This document shows positions 25,472 to 39,513 of a stretch of 64,000 bases of DNA, in pieces (the first letter of the stretch is position 1; every line of letters starts with the position of its first letter). The notes beneath the pieces were generated by a model. The model did not search any database. It saw nothing but the letters and a program-made list of their open reading frames with translations, and had not been told where the DNA came from. The DNA is from Eledone cirrhosa (taxonomy: Eukaryota). Position numbers and translations under genes: made by a program. The stretch covers positions 51,398,001 through 51,462,000 of the forward strand of contig OZ024746.1 in NCBI GenBank assembly GCA_964016885.1, given 5' to 3'.

Positions 25472-25587
25472 AGCGATGCCATACTAGTGACTCAATGGCC
25501 AGGAGGTTCGTTCTAAATGCACTCTTAACCATGGCTCTTTATATATGTATATATATACATACACAACTTACAGTGGATACCTCTGTG

Positions 25588-25662
<75 letters not shown>

Positions 25663-26026
25663 GTAGGTCCCGTGTTGAGTCGGGGATAACCACAGTAAGT
25701 AAGGTACTCAATACATGGTAGAGTAAAATTTTTTTATTTTATAGAAGGAGCTTCTACAGGACTAGTACTGTTTCATTCATGTATACACACATATACATAA
25801 ATACATGCACACATACATACACGCACACGCCACACTGCGTGTGCGTGTATGTATGTGTGCATGTATTTATGTATATGTGTGTATTTTTGTATGTATGTCT
25901 GCATGATTGCATACGAATGCACATGATCACACACATATACTTATATGTGTGTTACTGTTTCTCTTTTTAATATAGAAAAGGCTTCTACAGGACTAGAACT
26001 ATTTCATTCGGGAGAAATAATCACGA

Positions 26027-26090
<64 letters not shown>

Positions 26091-26980
26091 TTATTCATTT
26101 ATTATATGCACCGATTAAGGTTTAAGCAAAGAATCGCTGCTTTCACCCTTTTACGGGATCTTCTGAAACTTATAGAACCTTCTTCGTATTTTAGTCTTCC
26201 TAGCTAGATTCTAATTATCTTACTACCATAAGATTCCTTGTCCAATGCTTTAACCAACTTTAAGCTTATCATATCATGACGAAGAAGAAGAAGAAGAAGA
26301 AGAAGAAGAAGAAGAAGAAGAAGAAGAAGAAGAAGAAGAAGAAGAAGAAGAAGAAGAAGAAGAAGAAGAAGATATATATCCATGTTTGTGTGAATGCGTG
26401 TGTTTATGTATGTTTTTTCTCTTCCTAAAAGGATTTTCAGTGTTTATATACAATCTAACCACATGGTTGGTGTCAGGGTTGTATTTTAAAACACAAATAA
26501 TTGAATGACAGTCTTGTTCCTTCCACCATACTTTGCACTAATTCTGAGAGCTTTAGACAGATACCATTCTGACATGTTTGTTAGCAGTTCTAAGTTTGTC
26601 TTCTTTATAAAATTATATAAAACAATAAAAGTCGAAGTTTAAGCGTAGAATTCCATAATACTCACTACCTCCTTACGGACAAATGACGCTGTACACCAGG
26701 TCCGAACACAGAAGACCCGAACTTCCACTGTCATCGCATCCATCTCATTATGAAGCTAATATGATTACGATTTATCTTTTCTTATTTTGCCTAAGTAGTT
26801 TCTTTTTATTTTGATTAGTTTTAAGTATTTTAAAGGATTAACTGATCACTGGTGGTATTTTATGAATAATATTTATATTTCGATATTTTTCAGCCTCTTC
26901 TAGATTTTTCTCTGATATATATGTGTACAACTCTTTTTTGCCAGCTGAGTGAACATATATACATGCATATAAATGTGTAG

Positions 26981-27014
<34 letters not shown>

Positions 27015-27017
<3 letters not shown>

Positions 27018-27233
27018 AAAGGTAAACAGAAATAACAACAGAATCGGTACAGTATATGGAAGGGATGTATTAGGTTAACGCTTGATATAGCAGGAAGAAA
27101 GCCTTAACGTTTCGGACGCTAGTCCTTCATCAGTAGAAAGAATGAGAAATAAGATAGATTGAGGGGACGGGCGGGTTGGAATAGGAAAAAATGTCTTTAG
27201 ATCAAAATAACAGGTCCATTCATGTTGACATCT
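27015..27233 (-). mobile_element. ~220-bp (TA)n-associated repeat with minimal hammerhead (copy 1 of 3)
   Basis: Minus strand CTGATGA-A-GGAC(TAGC)GTCC-GAAACGTT. Other copies at 36858-37075 and 45215-45440. Confidence 0.8.
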
Positions 27234-27318
27234 CTTGCAAAACTGTTTGTGTATGATTTATTTTTTAGAAAAGTGGATGATGGAGCGCGTCTACCTGAAA
27301 TAGAAAAAACACTCATTT

Positions 27319-27424
<106 letters not shown>

Positions 27425-28421
27425 TGTGTGTGTGTGTGCACATGTGGAACTATTGATAGCATGATTTTGAAAATAGGCAAAAATAAAATCTTTCGATTGG
27501 TAAATTGCAATGTAAAATAGGAAGAATTCCCATCTAAGATATTTTATTTGATTTTCGTTTATTGTTTCTGTTTGTTTTTGTAATTTTATATTTTTCTTCT
27601 ATTTCGATATATATGGAAAATATGTAAGAATTTGTAGGTTTCAAGTTTTAGTCAGATGAATGAAGAAAAAAAAATGGAATTAGTTTGAAAGATGCTCCAA
27701 GAGATGTCATAAATAATCATTGTGGATTCCTGGTAAAGTTGGTCAGTCTTTTCTTTTTTTTTTTGAGGCTCAAAACGCCGTCTCCATCCTGTCCGCCGGG
27801 GCTGTGACGAGGCCAGCACGTGGGACCCCATTTGCTCACCATACAGATTAATAGGCAAAGTTATAAACTATTGTATGTATTCATTGTGGTCAGTAAATAA
27901 TTACAAATTGTTTACCAAGCCCTAGAAAACCTAATCAAACATTGCATTTATTCTGGCGAAATGTGATGTTTAAGGTTATATTATGTATAACATTAAAAAT
28001 TGACATTTGATGATGTTTCTTAAATTAAAGCCAAAATTTAGTGATACAAGTATTTGGAATCATAAACAATTATATAAACATATCCATTACCTAACAAAAA
28101 CTTATCCATTCGTCACCTCTGGGAATGTATCTCAGTACTGTTATCATCTCCTCTAATATTATGTTATTCAATGCCCAATGTTCATTAATAGTAAAGTCGA
28201 ACATAATCTAAAAGTAAGTTACTGTTACGATTACTTATAATACATTCAGCTCATCTTTGCAAAAGTTGATCTTTGAAAATGTGGTACTGCTCAACTCACA
28301 GTTCATAGGATAATATAAGTATGTTCGGAAAAGATTTTTTTGTTAAAAACAGGAGTAAGCTGGGCGCACAGGCATTAGGATGTGTGTTTTCCTGCCAGCG
28401 ACATATCAATTATATCGATTT

Positions 28422-28508
28422 TCATCTGAGGAAACCGTTCTCATAATCACAGCAAATGTATGAAGGACATCTCGATTGCATGGAGAACTATGGAAATAAT
28501 TATTATGA
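28422..28508 (+). ncRNA. Hammerhead motif with extended stem II
   Basis: TCAT-CTGAGGA..GTTCTC(~40 nt)GAGAAC..GAAA-TAATTA-TT-ATGA. Confidence 0.6.
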
Positions 28509-28721
28509 TTAAACGATATATGTAACCTCAGCATCTTATTTTGTTATTTTTATATATATATATATTTTTCCGATAATTTGGTTAAGCATACATCGTATCT
28601 AAAATTGAGTGACACAACTTCAAGTGATTAGCAATTTTAAGACAACTTAACCAATGAAACAATTGTTAATAGTGTAAATAAAACCCTTTTTGTACTGTTG
28701 ACCATGTTATTCTTCACTCTT

Positions 28722-28769
<48 letters not shown>

Positions 28770-28936
28770 TGAAGAATAACATTGTCAACAGTACAAACAG
28801 GGAGATTATTTACACTCTAACAATTGTTTCCGTGATAGAGTTGTCTAGAAATTGCTAAACACTGAAGACAGCATAACTCAATTTAAAATACATACAATCT
28901 ACATCATTTCATCAGAAACTGATATATATATATGAA

Positions 28937-29155
28937 AGGAACGATCGACTTTCGTCAAATCGGACCGAGGGAACAATGTTTCCGTTGGTCTTTCCTATTG
29001 CTAATACTATCTATCGGTCGCAACTCCAGGTAGAAGGAGCAACGTGAAATAAAGTGTCTTGCTCAAGGACATAACGCATCGCCTGGTCCATGAATCGAAC
29101 TCACAACCTTACAATTGCGAATCCAATTCTCTAACCGCTCAGCCACACGCCTTCA
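28937..29155 (-). mobile_element. tRNA-derived SINE (OR-like)
   Basis: tRNA-like head at the right end and GAGCAACGTGAAATAAAGTGTCTTGCTCAAGGAC core. Second copy at 44040-44225. Confidence 0.8.
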
Positions 29156-29489
29156 CTATATATATATACATACACCATAAATAAGCAATTAAATGCCTTA
29201 AACACAATTTGATTGTTATTTATGGTGTATTTCTGGTCTGTATTATATCTGATATTTTACATTGAGCTACTTGTCTTACTGGTAATGAGGTAATATACAA
29301 TATTACCCTTATCTTATTTATATTTCTATATATAAGTATAACTATTACTGTATATATACATATATAGGAAAAGTGCCATACACAATTATATCAACATCGT
29401 ATAATGATTTTGGACAGTGATCCAAGGAATTAAATTACTGCATTATAACATTCATATATTGTCATCATACATACATACATACATACATA

Positions 29490-29832
<343 letters not shown>

Positions 29833-29870
29833 ACTCATTTTTACCAGCTGAGTGAACATATATACATACA

Positions 29871-30647
29871 TAAGATGTACTGAAAGACAATGTAGAGACA
29901 AAAATATAGTGTACATAGGTGAGACAACTCGTAGTGTAGGAGAACGGATAAATGAACACTGGCGAGACCTTCAAGATAGTAAAGAATCATCTGTACTCTA
30001 CCAACATGCTAAAATAGAACACAAGGGTAAATTAGAGAACATAGAAATAAAAATAGAATCTACACACAGAAAAGATGCAATGTTTAGACAAATTACAGAG
30101 GCAATAAACATAAAAGAATTACAACCAAAATTAAATAGAAAATATGAGTGGAACAGCAACATCACAACTTATAATTAAGGACAAAATGAAAACACACACA
30201 CACATAGAACAAACAACCAACCAGTAACATGTAAATAAACAAATAAATAAATGAACATAAACACACACAGACACCCGGATGTGGCGCATGCGCAGACTAA
30301 GCACACAACACACACACAGAAACAAAATGGCGTAGGACAGAGCAAAGGAGAGGCACAGAAATAAAGAAAGGAATCCCCAGTCACTGAAGAGGTCACAGAG
30401 TGTGTGACGAAAAAACTATGACAATATATAAACAACTATCTGGTTGTGGAACCAACCAACCAACCAGAAATTTATAAATTTATAAATTTATTATAAATTT
30501 ATTATAAATTTATTATAATAAATTGAAGTGAAAGCAACTGGTGCGTGTGTTTCTTATTGGCAACATGACCCTCCCAAAGTATAACAATATCGGTTTCAAC
30601 ACACGATTTCAGATAAAGAATCTTGCTAAACAAATTCAGAAACGAAA

Positions 30648-30650
<3 letters not shown>
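29871..30650 (+). mobile_element. 5'-truncated Penelope-like element (GIY-YIG C-terminus + pLTR; Naiad-like)
   Basis: CTERQC..YIGETTRSVGERINEH..RQITEA..LNRKYEW, stop at 30178. Hammerhead GTCA-CTGAAGA-G-GTCACA..TGTGAC-GAAA..TGAC at 30380-30422. Confidence 0.88.
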
Positions 30651-30693
<43 letters not shown>

Positions 30694-30979
30694 ACCCATT
30701 TGCAACGCCGCAGCTCCATTATTATCATATATATATATATATATATATGTATGTATATATGTTCACTCAGCTGGTAAAAATGAGTTGTACCGGTAATTCG
30801 AAGGGCCAGCTTTATCATATTCTGTGTTACGCCGAATCTCCCTGAGAACTACGTTAAGGGTACGCGTGTTAATTTTACGAGCAGGCTGTTCTGTTGATTG
30901 GATCAACTGGAACACTCATCGACGTTACCGATGGAATGCCCTCTATATATATATATGTGTACGTATGTATATTTGTATG

Positions 30980-31020
<41 letters not shown>

Positions 31021-31059
31021 TACACACACACACATATATATATATATAAATATATATAT

Positions 31060-31232
31060 AGGAACGAGTAGGACCCGGACGGCTGAGCTCAAGCCGTTCC
31101 GACGGCTAATTCTGGACTAAATTATTTTAGTCCAGAATTAGCCGTCGGGGTCCTACTCGTTCCTATTACCCACTCTACTACCCTAAGTATTGAGTACTTT
31201 GGTGCGTTATGGTCCATCTGGTTCCTTACCAA
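31060..31232 (+). mobile_element. Fold-back mini-element (family also at 33735-33790, 38028-38152, 58025-58449, 62280-62470, 62918-63042)
   Basis: Palindrome 31060-31165 plus the shared tail ATTACCCACTCTACTACCCTAAGTATTGAGTACT..CTTACCA, within (TA)n. Confidence 0.8.
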
Positions 31233-31264
31233 ATTTCCTTCATCATATATATACATATATATGG

Positions 31265-31595
31265 TAAAGGGTGAAAACCCCTTCGTTCACGAATGACCAT
31301 GGGATTTGTACCTAGAAAGTTTCCCTCCGAGACACAAGTCCAAACAAGGTTGTTTGTGAAAGACCAGCAGTCGCCCATGCATACCAGTCTCCCTTCTCCA
31401 CGCCACCGATGTTGTCCAGGGGAAAGGCAATGGCAGGTACAGCTTGGCACCAGTGACGTCGCAACTCATTTCTACAGCTAAGTGAACTGGAGCAACGTGA
31501 AATAAAGTGACTTGCTCAAGAACACAACACAAAGAATCGAACTCACAACCTCGCGATTGTAAGCCCGACGGTATAACCACTAAGCCATACGCCTT

Positions 31596-31596
<1 letters not shown>
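31265..31596 (-). mobile_element. tRNA-derived SINE (OR-like), full length
   Basis: tRNA-like head plus the conserved core. Plus-strand sister copy at 35620-35940. Confidence 0.85.
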
Positions 31597-31643
<47 letters not shown>

Positions 31644-32129
31644 CGATATGTGTGTATGCGTGTGTGTGTAAATGTGTGTACAGTGTGTGTATGTGTGTGT
31701 ATGTGTGTGTGTGTGTATAACTGCTGTAAATCATCAAACGATCTGTAGGAAGGGGTTTGGATATATATACAGCTGAGGGACAGTGGGCCTACTCTGAGAA
31801 AACGCCTCTTTATTTGCTGGTTCTCACATGGTAATAATGTATGCACCTTAACCAGCTTCCCCATCAACGATGTTGATATAAGTTTACGTGCCTACGTAGT
31901 AGTGTACCATATAATTCGTAGTAAATGTGGCAGATCTAACATCTACTGCACCATTTGCAAACTGCACATCCGCAATAAAGAGTACATTTATACAAAACAT
32001 CTGGAGACATGTCAGGAAAAAAAATGTAAGGAAATATGTAATAATCTTTTAGGAGTGTTAAGAATTGTAAAAAAAGAAAAAAACATATTTGTTTATACAC
32101 ACACACGCCCGTGCTAATTCAAACATACA

Positions 32130-32915
32130 CAAGATGTCTTATACTCCTATGTCATATCCTACTGTATCACATCCTCCTGTGTCTTATCCTTCTGTCATAT
32201 CCTACTGTATCACATCCTCCTGTGTCTGATTCTCCTGTGTATTTTCCTCCTGTATCACATCCTCATGTGTCTTATCCTCCTGTGACATATCCTCCTGTGA
32301 CATATCCTCTCATATCATATTCTTCTGTGACATATTCCCCTCTGTCTTACCCTCCTGTATCTTATTCTCTTATGTCATATCCTTCTGTGACTTATGCTAT
32401 GTCATATCCTCCTGTGTCATAACCTCCAATGTCATATCTGCCTTTGACTTACCCTTCTCTGTCATATCCTCCTGTATCATATCCTCCAGCATCATATTCT
32501 CATGTGTCTTACCTTCCTATGACTTACCCTCCTGTATCATATCCTCCTGTGACATATCCTTCTTTGACTTATCATCCTCTGTCATATCCTCCTGTGTCAT
32601 ATCCTCATGTATCATATCTTCCTGTATCATATCTTCCTTATCTTGCCTTCCTATGTCATATCCTCCTATGTCTTATCCTTCTGTGACTTGTCATCCTCTG
32701 TCTTATCATCCTCTGTCATATCCTCCTGTACCATATTCTCCTGTATCATATTCTCCTGTATCATATTCTCCTGTGTCTTACCCTCCTCTGTCTTATCCTC
32801 CTCTATCATACCCTCCTATGTCTTATCCTTTTCTATCATACCCTCCTATGTCTTATCCTCATATCTCTTACCCTCCTCTGTCTTATCTTCCTGTGTCCAT
32901 TTTTCCTGTGACATA
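32130..32915. repeat. 15-bp minisatellite (consensus TCATATCCTCCTGTG), roughly 50 degenerate units
   Basis: Direct periodicity. Translates as SYPPV repeats, with a stop and a frameshift. Confidence 0.92.
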
Positions 32916-33667
32916 TTTCCTTCTAAATTCCATTGCTTATGCCATCTCTATTGAGCAATTCACCAGCTTCCTCATCTTCTTCCACACATATCTGTTGGGG
33001 AGAATGAAGCCACTGTTGAATTAGATTATCCAGGACTCCTCTTACCTTTTCAAGGTCATTCACCAGTCTGTGTAAGTCTTTACCTTCAAAGAATCACCAT
33101 ATCTTGTGATCTATGATCTACTGACTACAGACTGAAGCCTTTGTTTGTTTGTTTACTTGTTTTTGTGGTTGTGAGTTTTTTTTCTTTAGTAATCCATAGA
33201 AGACTTTTTTTTTTAGAATTGGTTTTATGTTTCTGCAGGCTTAGTTTCCATTACATCTCGCCCATATTCGTGGGAACCTATGATTCCATTGACAACTTCT
33301 CTAAGTGACATTCTTAAGTAGGATTTTCTCTTGTCACTGCTTTATCCTTTTAAGCGATTTCAGACATATCTTCTTGGCCTAATAAAAAAAATAAAAATAT
33401 TTTTCTTGGGAAATGATATTTGTTGTGAAACATTGCCTTCCAGTCTAGGACAAAATATCATGCATATAACATATATTTATCGTTTCTGTCATTATGGAAG
33501 CAGCATGGCCAAATGGTAGCTAAGTTCGCTTCACAATCATAAGACTTCGGGTTCAATGCCATTGCGTCTTATTCCGCAAGTATCTTCAACTATAGTATCA
33601 GGGTGACAAATGTCTTGTGAGAGAAATTTGATAGATGAAACTCCTTAAAAACACAGACATGGCTGCG

Positions 33668-33736
<69 letters not shown>

Positions 33737-34388
33737 CTGTCGAAACGAGCGGAGCTCAGCCGTCGGGGTCCTGACTCTTTTCATATATCATTATTACTCG
33801 GTGGATTGGCAGTATTGGGAGGTGGTCGGACGCCATGCTTTGAAGTATAGAGTTACGGCCCTTGCCATTCTGAGTTCATATCCCGCCGAGGTTAACATTG
33901 TAAAGGACTGCTTGAGTTTAGAACTCATTATTCTTAGTATCACTGCTCCTTATGTAGAGCTAACTTTAGCCCCATATAAACGGCTGTTATTTCTAGCAGA
34001 ACGAGTATGCGGCAGCTAGAAACTGGAAAAACATGTGCGTTAAACAGTCTTTTTAAATATTTTGAAGTGAAACATACCAATTGTTCAGGGTACTTGCCGA
34101 GGAGAGCTGAAGGGGGTATTTTTTCACTTTTTCATTTCGAAACTTATTTGGATTTTGAAGTTTAAACTTATCTACGGAACAGGTTTGATTTTGAAATTTA
34201 AATTTGTCCAAGTACCACTGCCATTTGCCAATATCGTTTGTTTTTATTGATTTATTATTTTAAATCGAGACAGGCAAACTGTATTATTATAATTAGTATT
34301 TTTCAATCTAGCTAACTTAGTCATTTACAATACAAACACTTATATGTTGGTATTTGTGTTTTATCATATATATTAATTTATATTAACT

Positions 34389-34465
<77 letters not shown>

Positions 34466-35619
34466 CCATATATATACATATATACATATATAATAATAAT
34501 ACTATTTATAGTTATGTATATAGTATAAACAACTATAAACAGGAAAGGTCAGTCATTTCCTACTACCTTATTACCAGTAAGAGAAATAGCTCAATGTCAG
34601 AACATCAGTTGTTTTACAGATCAGGAAAATAAATAAATTAGACAATTATGAATGTTGTGTTCAAATCATTGAATACCTGACAATCGTTTCTTCAAAACTC
34701 TCATTTGGAGTCATCGGAGCATTATCAATGTTTGTACATGTAATTAACCTCCTATTCAACTGAACATAGAAGCTAGTGAACTAGAGCAACAACATAAGTT
34801 AAAAGGCCAAACACACTGAGACGATGGATATATATATATATATATTAATAAATATAGGGAGTCTGTGTGATAATCTGTAAATATGGTGGCAAAACGACGG
34901 AACATAATAATGTGAAATGAACTCAGAAAGTAAATATGTTTGTTTTAAAGCAATAAACTCTAATTGGGAGGATTATCAACTACTTTATTTATATAGTTGC
35001 TTCATTGATTTCAGATTTATTTAATTACATATACATTACATTACATTCTTATACACACAACAACCCACAGGCATTTACTCCTCAACCTTTTGTTGACACA
35101 CACACATTAACACAAACACAGACGTACACACACTCACATATACACACGCACACACAAACACACACACACACACACACTGACACACACACAGCCACACACA
35201 CACACGACACAGACAAACGGACACACACACGTGTGCGCAAACACACATACATACACAGATTTATTAATTTAATTACAATATAAATGAATTAAATAATTAG
35301 TTCACAGAAATCTTTCTTTTTATATCTTTTACAAAGTTGGCGATAATTCCATACGCTTTTACACCTACATAAACATTTTCACATACACTACCCAATATCT
35401 CTACACTGGACCAGGGTACCACACTATACAACCATATTACACCACCGTGATAGAATACAGCTCTATTCCTGTACATGTAACTACATGTCAAGGGCCGCAT
35501 AATATTAGTTAACCCTGCTCCAAGGCAATAAAAGTCCTTTTCCACATTTCTTTGTCTATCTTCGGTTCCTGGATAAATTCCAAGTCAGTATTCTACTTCA
35601 AATTTTCAATGGATATGTC

Positions 35620-35940
35620 ATGGATTCAGTGGTTAGAGCGTCGGGCTTACAATCTTGATGTTGTAAGTTCGATTCTTGGACAGGGCGATGCCTTGTGCTC
35701 TTGAGCAATTTATTTCACGTTGCTCCAGTTTACTCAGCTGTAGAAATGAGTTACAACGTCACTGGTGCCAAGATGTATTGGCCATTGCTTTCCCTTGGAC
35801 AACATAGGTGGCGTGGAGAGGAGAAGACTGGTATGCTTAGGCGACTGCTGGTCTTTCACAAACAACCTTGCTCGGACTTGTGCCTCGGAGGGGAACTTTC
35901 TAGGTCCAAATCCCATGGTCATTCATGACCGAAGGAAGTC
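35620..35940 (+). mobile_element. tRNA-derived SINE (OR-like)
   Basis: Homologous to 31265-31596. Confidence 0.85.
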
Positions 35941-36593
35941 TTAAAAAAATAAAAACATCATGGCCTCCACCACAATTTCCCATTTCTCTGACAATCATTG
36001 ACCATTTCAGTTCCTGGGGTGATATTCCACGTCAGTATCCTGGTCCAGGTTGTCAATATGTGTGACTTAGCATCCATCACACTTTCTCTGTAAATCCACT
36101 TCAGTTCTTGGATACATTCCAGTATCCTGCTTCTAGCTTTTGAAGTATGTGACATGATATTCGCGACACTTCTCTGTCCTCCATTACAACGATCTTCAAT
36201 TTCTGGTTAAATTCCAGGCCAATATCCTACTTCATGTTGTCAATGTAGGGACATGAGTCATACCACACTTTCCTGCTTCCCTGTCCTTCATCATTGCCAG
36301 CTTCAGTTTCTGGAAATATTCCAGGTCAATATCCTGCTTCATGTTCTTAATATATGTGACATAACATCCGATAGACTTCTGGATGTCATACACAATGTCA
36401 TGATAGACGAAGTCAACGTTTTCTCATCTCTTAGCTTTTTATTTTGGGGAGGTTTTTATTTCTTACATTATTTGATTGACACTTGTTGCATCTACTTCAC
36501 GTCAAGGACTACATGTAACCGCATTGTGTTGCAAATACCAAGATTCTTTTTGTTTGTTTCGTGCATAATATACTTTGGTTGCATAAGGTGGAA

Positions 36594-36630
<37 letters not shown>

Positions 36631-36857
36631 GTAAACCTAATAACTAACACCTTTCGTAACTATACTCAATGTTGTTGTTATTTACTTTTCCAATATATAT
36701 ATATATATATAAATGCAAGAAGCAAAGACAATTTCAGTGATACGTGAGATTTCCTGTTGGAAGTTCAGGTAAACTCCAGGTTAATTTCGGGGTGAAAATC
36801 AAATTTGAAAATCCAACGAATTTGAGAGGGCCACGTAAGCGTTGATATATATATCTA

Positions 36858-37495
<638 letters not shown>

Positions 37496-37731
37496 TTATG
37501 CCTAGAAGGAAAGTTAACCGGTAAGCGAAGCGGAGGTCGACTGTCAAAACGCTGATTTGATAATGTCAATTTATGGACTGGATTTGACCTTTGCTCTTTA
37601 AACTCTGCTGCTAGTGATCGAACTTTGTGGAGAAGAAAATCTCATGTCGATGCGCAGCCTGCAACAGGCGGAGTGAGCGTCTAGGAATAACACATATTTT
37701 TATAGTTATATATGTGTAAAGACTCTCTCTC

Positions 37732-37782
<51 letters not shown>

Positions 37783-37786
<4 letters not shown>

Positions 37787-37984
37787 TAAAAAAACACAAA
37801 ATAAAAACAATAACAAAGAGTGCAATATGAACAGTGAGGTGTGGGGGACGACGTTTCGGGCATAAGCCCGTCATCAGGAGAAAAGTGGGAAGGAAAAGAT
37901 TTCCGAGGGTGTGAGGGGGAGTGGTGGAAAGACATTAAAAGGGTGGGAAAAACTAAAAGGAAGGAAAAAAATTTAAAATGAGGG

Positions 37985-37985
<1 letters not shown>
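37783..37985 (-). mobile_element. Solo Penelope pLTR end with hammerhead
   Basis: Minus strand CTGATGA-C-GGGC(TTAT)GCCC-GAAACGTCGTCCCCCAC, the same motif as the Penelope 3' end at 53933. Confidence 0.8.
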
Positions 37986-38029
<44 letters not shown>

Positions 38030-38160
38030 AAAAGAGTCAGGACCGCTACGGCCGGAGCTCAGCCGTTCTGACTCTTTTCCAATTACCCACACTAGTACCC
38101 TTAACATTGAGTACTCTGGTGCGTTATGGTCCACCTGGTATCTTACCACACACTATTTGT

Positions 38161-38212
<52 letters not shown>

Positions 38213-38383
38213 TACGGGATAACAGGTTATCATTATAGGTAGCCACTTAGTCCAGTATTGGAGATCGATTGACGCAACATCAAGCTAGTAGCGAACTCTA
38301 GAGCTACCAGATTAAAGAAACAATTATCAGCAATGTGAATAAAGCCCTTACTGTATAGCCAACCATGTCACTCTTCTTTCTTG

Positions 38384-38461
<78 letters not shown>

Positions 38462-38642
38462 TACAATAACAGAGATAGTTTAAAGCTAAACTCTGACTGG
38501 TAACCTTCTCACTCAACAAACATTAGGTTATATTTAAATATAAACCCAATTTAAGTGTTTGGGGTGCTAACAATATGTATAGTGTGGAAAAACCAGTTGT
38601 ATTATTTTATGAGATATAATTAAATTTAAAGTATATCTCTCT

Positions 38643-38767
38643 TTCCAAACAATTGTTTCATTATAAGTTTTCTACAAGTTGGGAGAATATTTCCAGTTTA
38701 TGTAGAAGTTTAATATATATTCATGTAAGAATATATTTAGGTGGGCGCTTATAAATCATCAGTGGAA
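38643..38767 (-). ncRNA. Hammerhead motif with branched insertion in stem II
   Basis: TTCCA-CTGATGA-T-TTATAAG[two hairpins]CTTATAA-T-GAAA-CAATTG-TT-TGGAA. A related repeat lies at 63785-64000. Confidence 0.75.
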
Positions 38768-38959
38768 GCCCATTAAACTTTGATATAAGAAAGAAATTCT
38801 TACCGCAGTCAAAAATCGTGTCTGTTAAGTTGCTCCTTCTCGGCTCGAATGACCGCCAAATTTGAAATTCCAGAAGTTTTTGACTGAGGAAGTATCATAG
38901 CGACACGAAGCGGGAAGGGGAGACAACTACGATCCACGAAAGGAGGAAAAAAATAATAA

Positions 38960-39460
38960 TATACACGCGGGTTAATTAGTATTATCGAAAACATTATCAA
39001 TCCAACGTGTTAAGAACTCAATTGAAAATAAAAAAATAAATATATGCGTGTATAAATTACACACGCATATAGATATTTTCTTAGGCTAATATCAGAAGTT
39101 GTACCCGAATAAGAACCGCATCTCACAACCGCAGTAAATACAGAAAGTTATGCTTTAAAGGGCAAATGGGAATGTAAATCTCCGGCCGAATTAAGAGTAA
39201 AATATAAAACACACGCGGGTTAATTAGTTATTTCTAAACTAATATTAATTCCTCGTGTAAAGAACTCAATTAATTAAAGAAAATAAATGTATGCATGTAA
39301 TTATATACATAGGCATATATATATTTTCTTAGGCTAAAAAACAGAGAAGTTACAACCAAAAAAAGCCACAACATTTCACAACAGTAATAAATACGGAAAG
39401 TCAAATTCATAAGGTACCTGGAAATAAACACCTCTGGCCAATCAAGAGTAAATATTTAAT

Positions 39461-39462
<2 letters not shown>
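38960..39462. repeat. Diverged tandem duplication, ~248-bp period
   Basis: ACACGCGGGTTAATTAG at 38963 and 39211, with colinear similarity downstream. Confidence 0.8.

Positions 39463-39510
<48 letters not shown>

Positions 39511-39513
<3 letters not shown>

Noticed and set aside
27640-27875. Possible host exon(s) in GC-richer unique sequence (..RGCDEASTWDPICSPY..)
   Set aside because: No clean open frame with convincing splice sites, and no recognisable domain. RNA-seq would be needed.
34670-34720. Hammerhead motifs at 34670-34720 (minus) and 62131-62180
   Set aside because: Core mutated (CCGATGA) or stems too weak. Probably decayed copies, so not listed as features.
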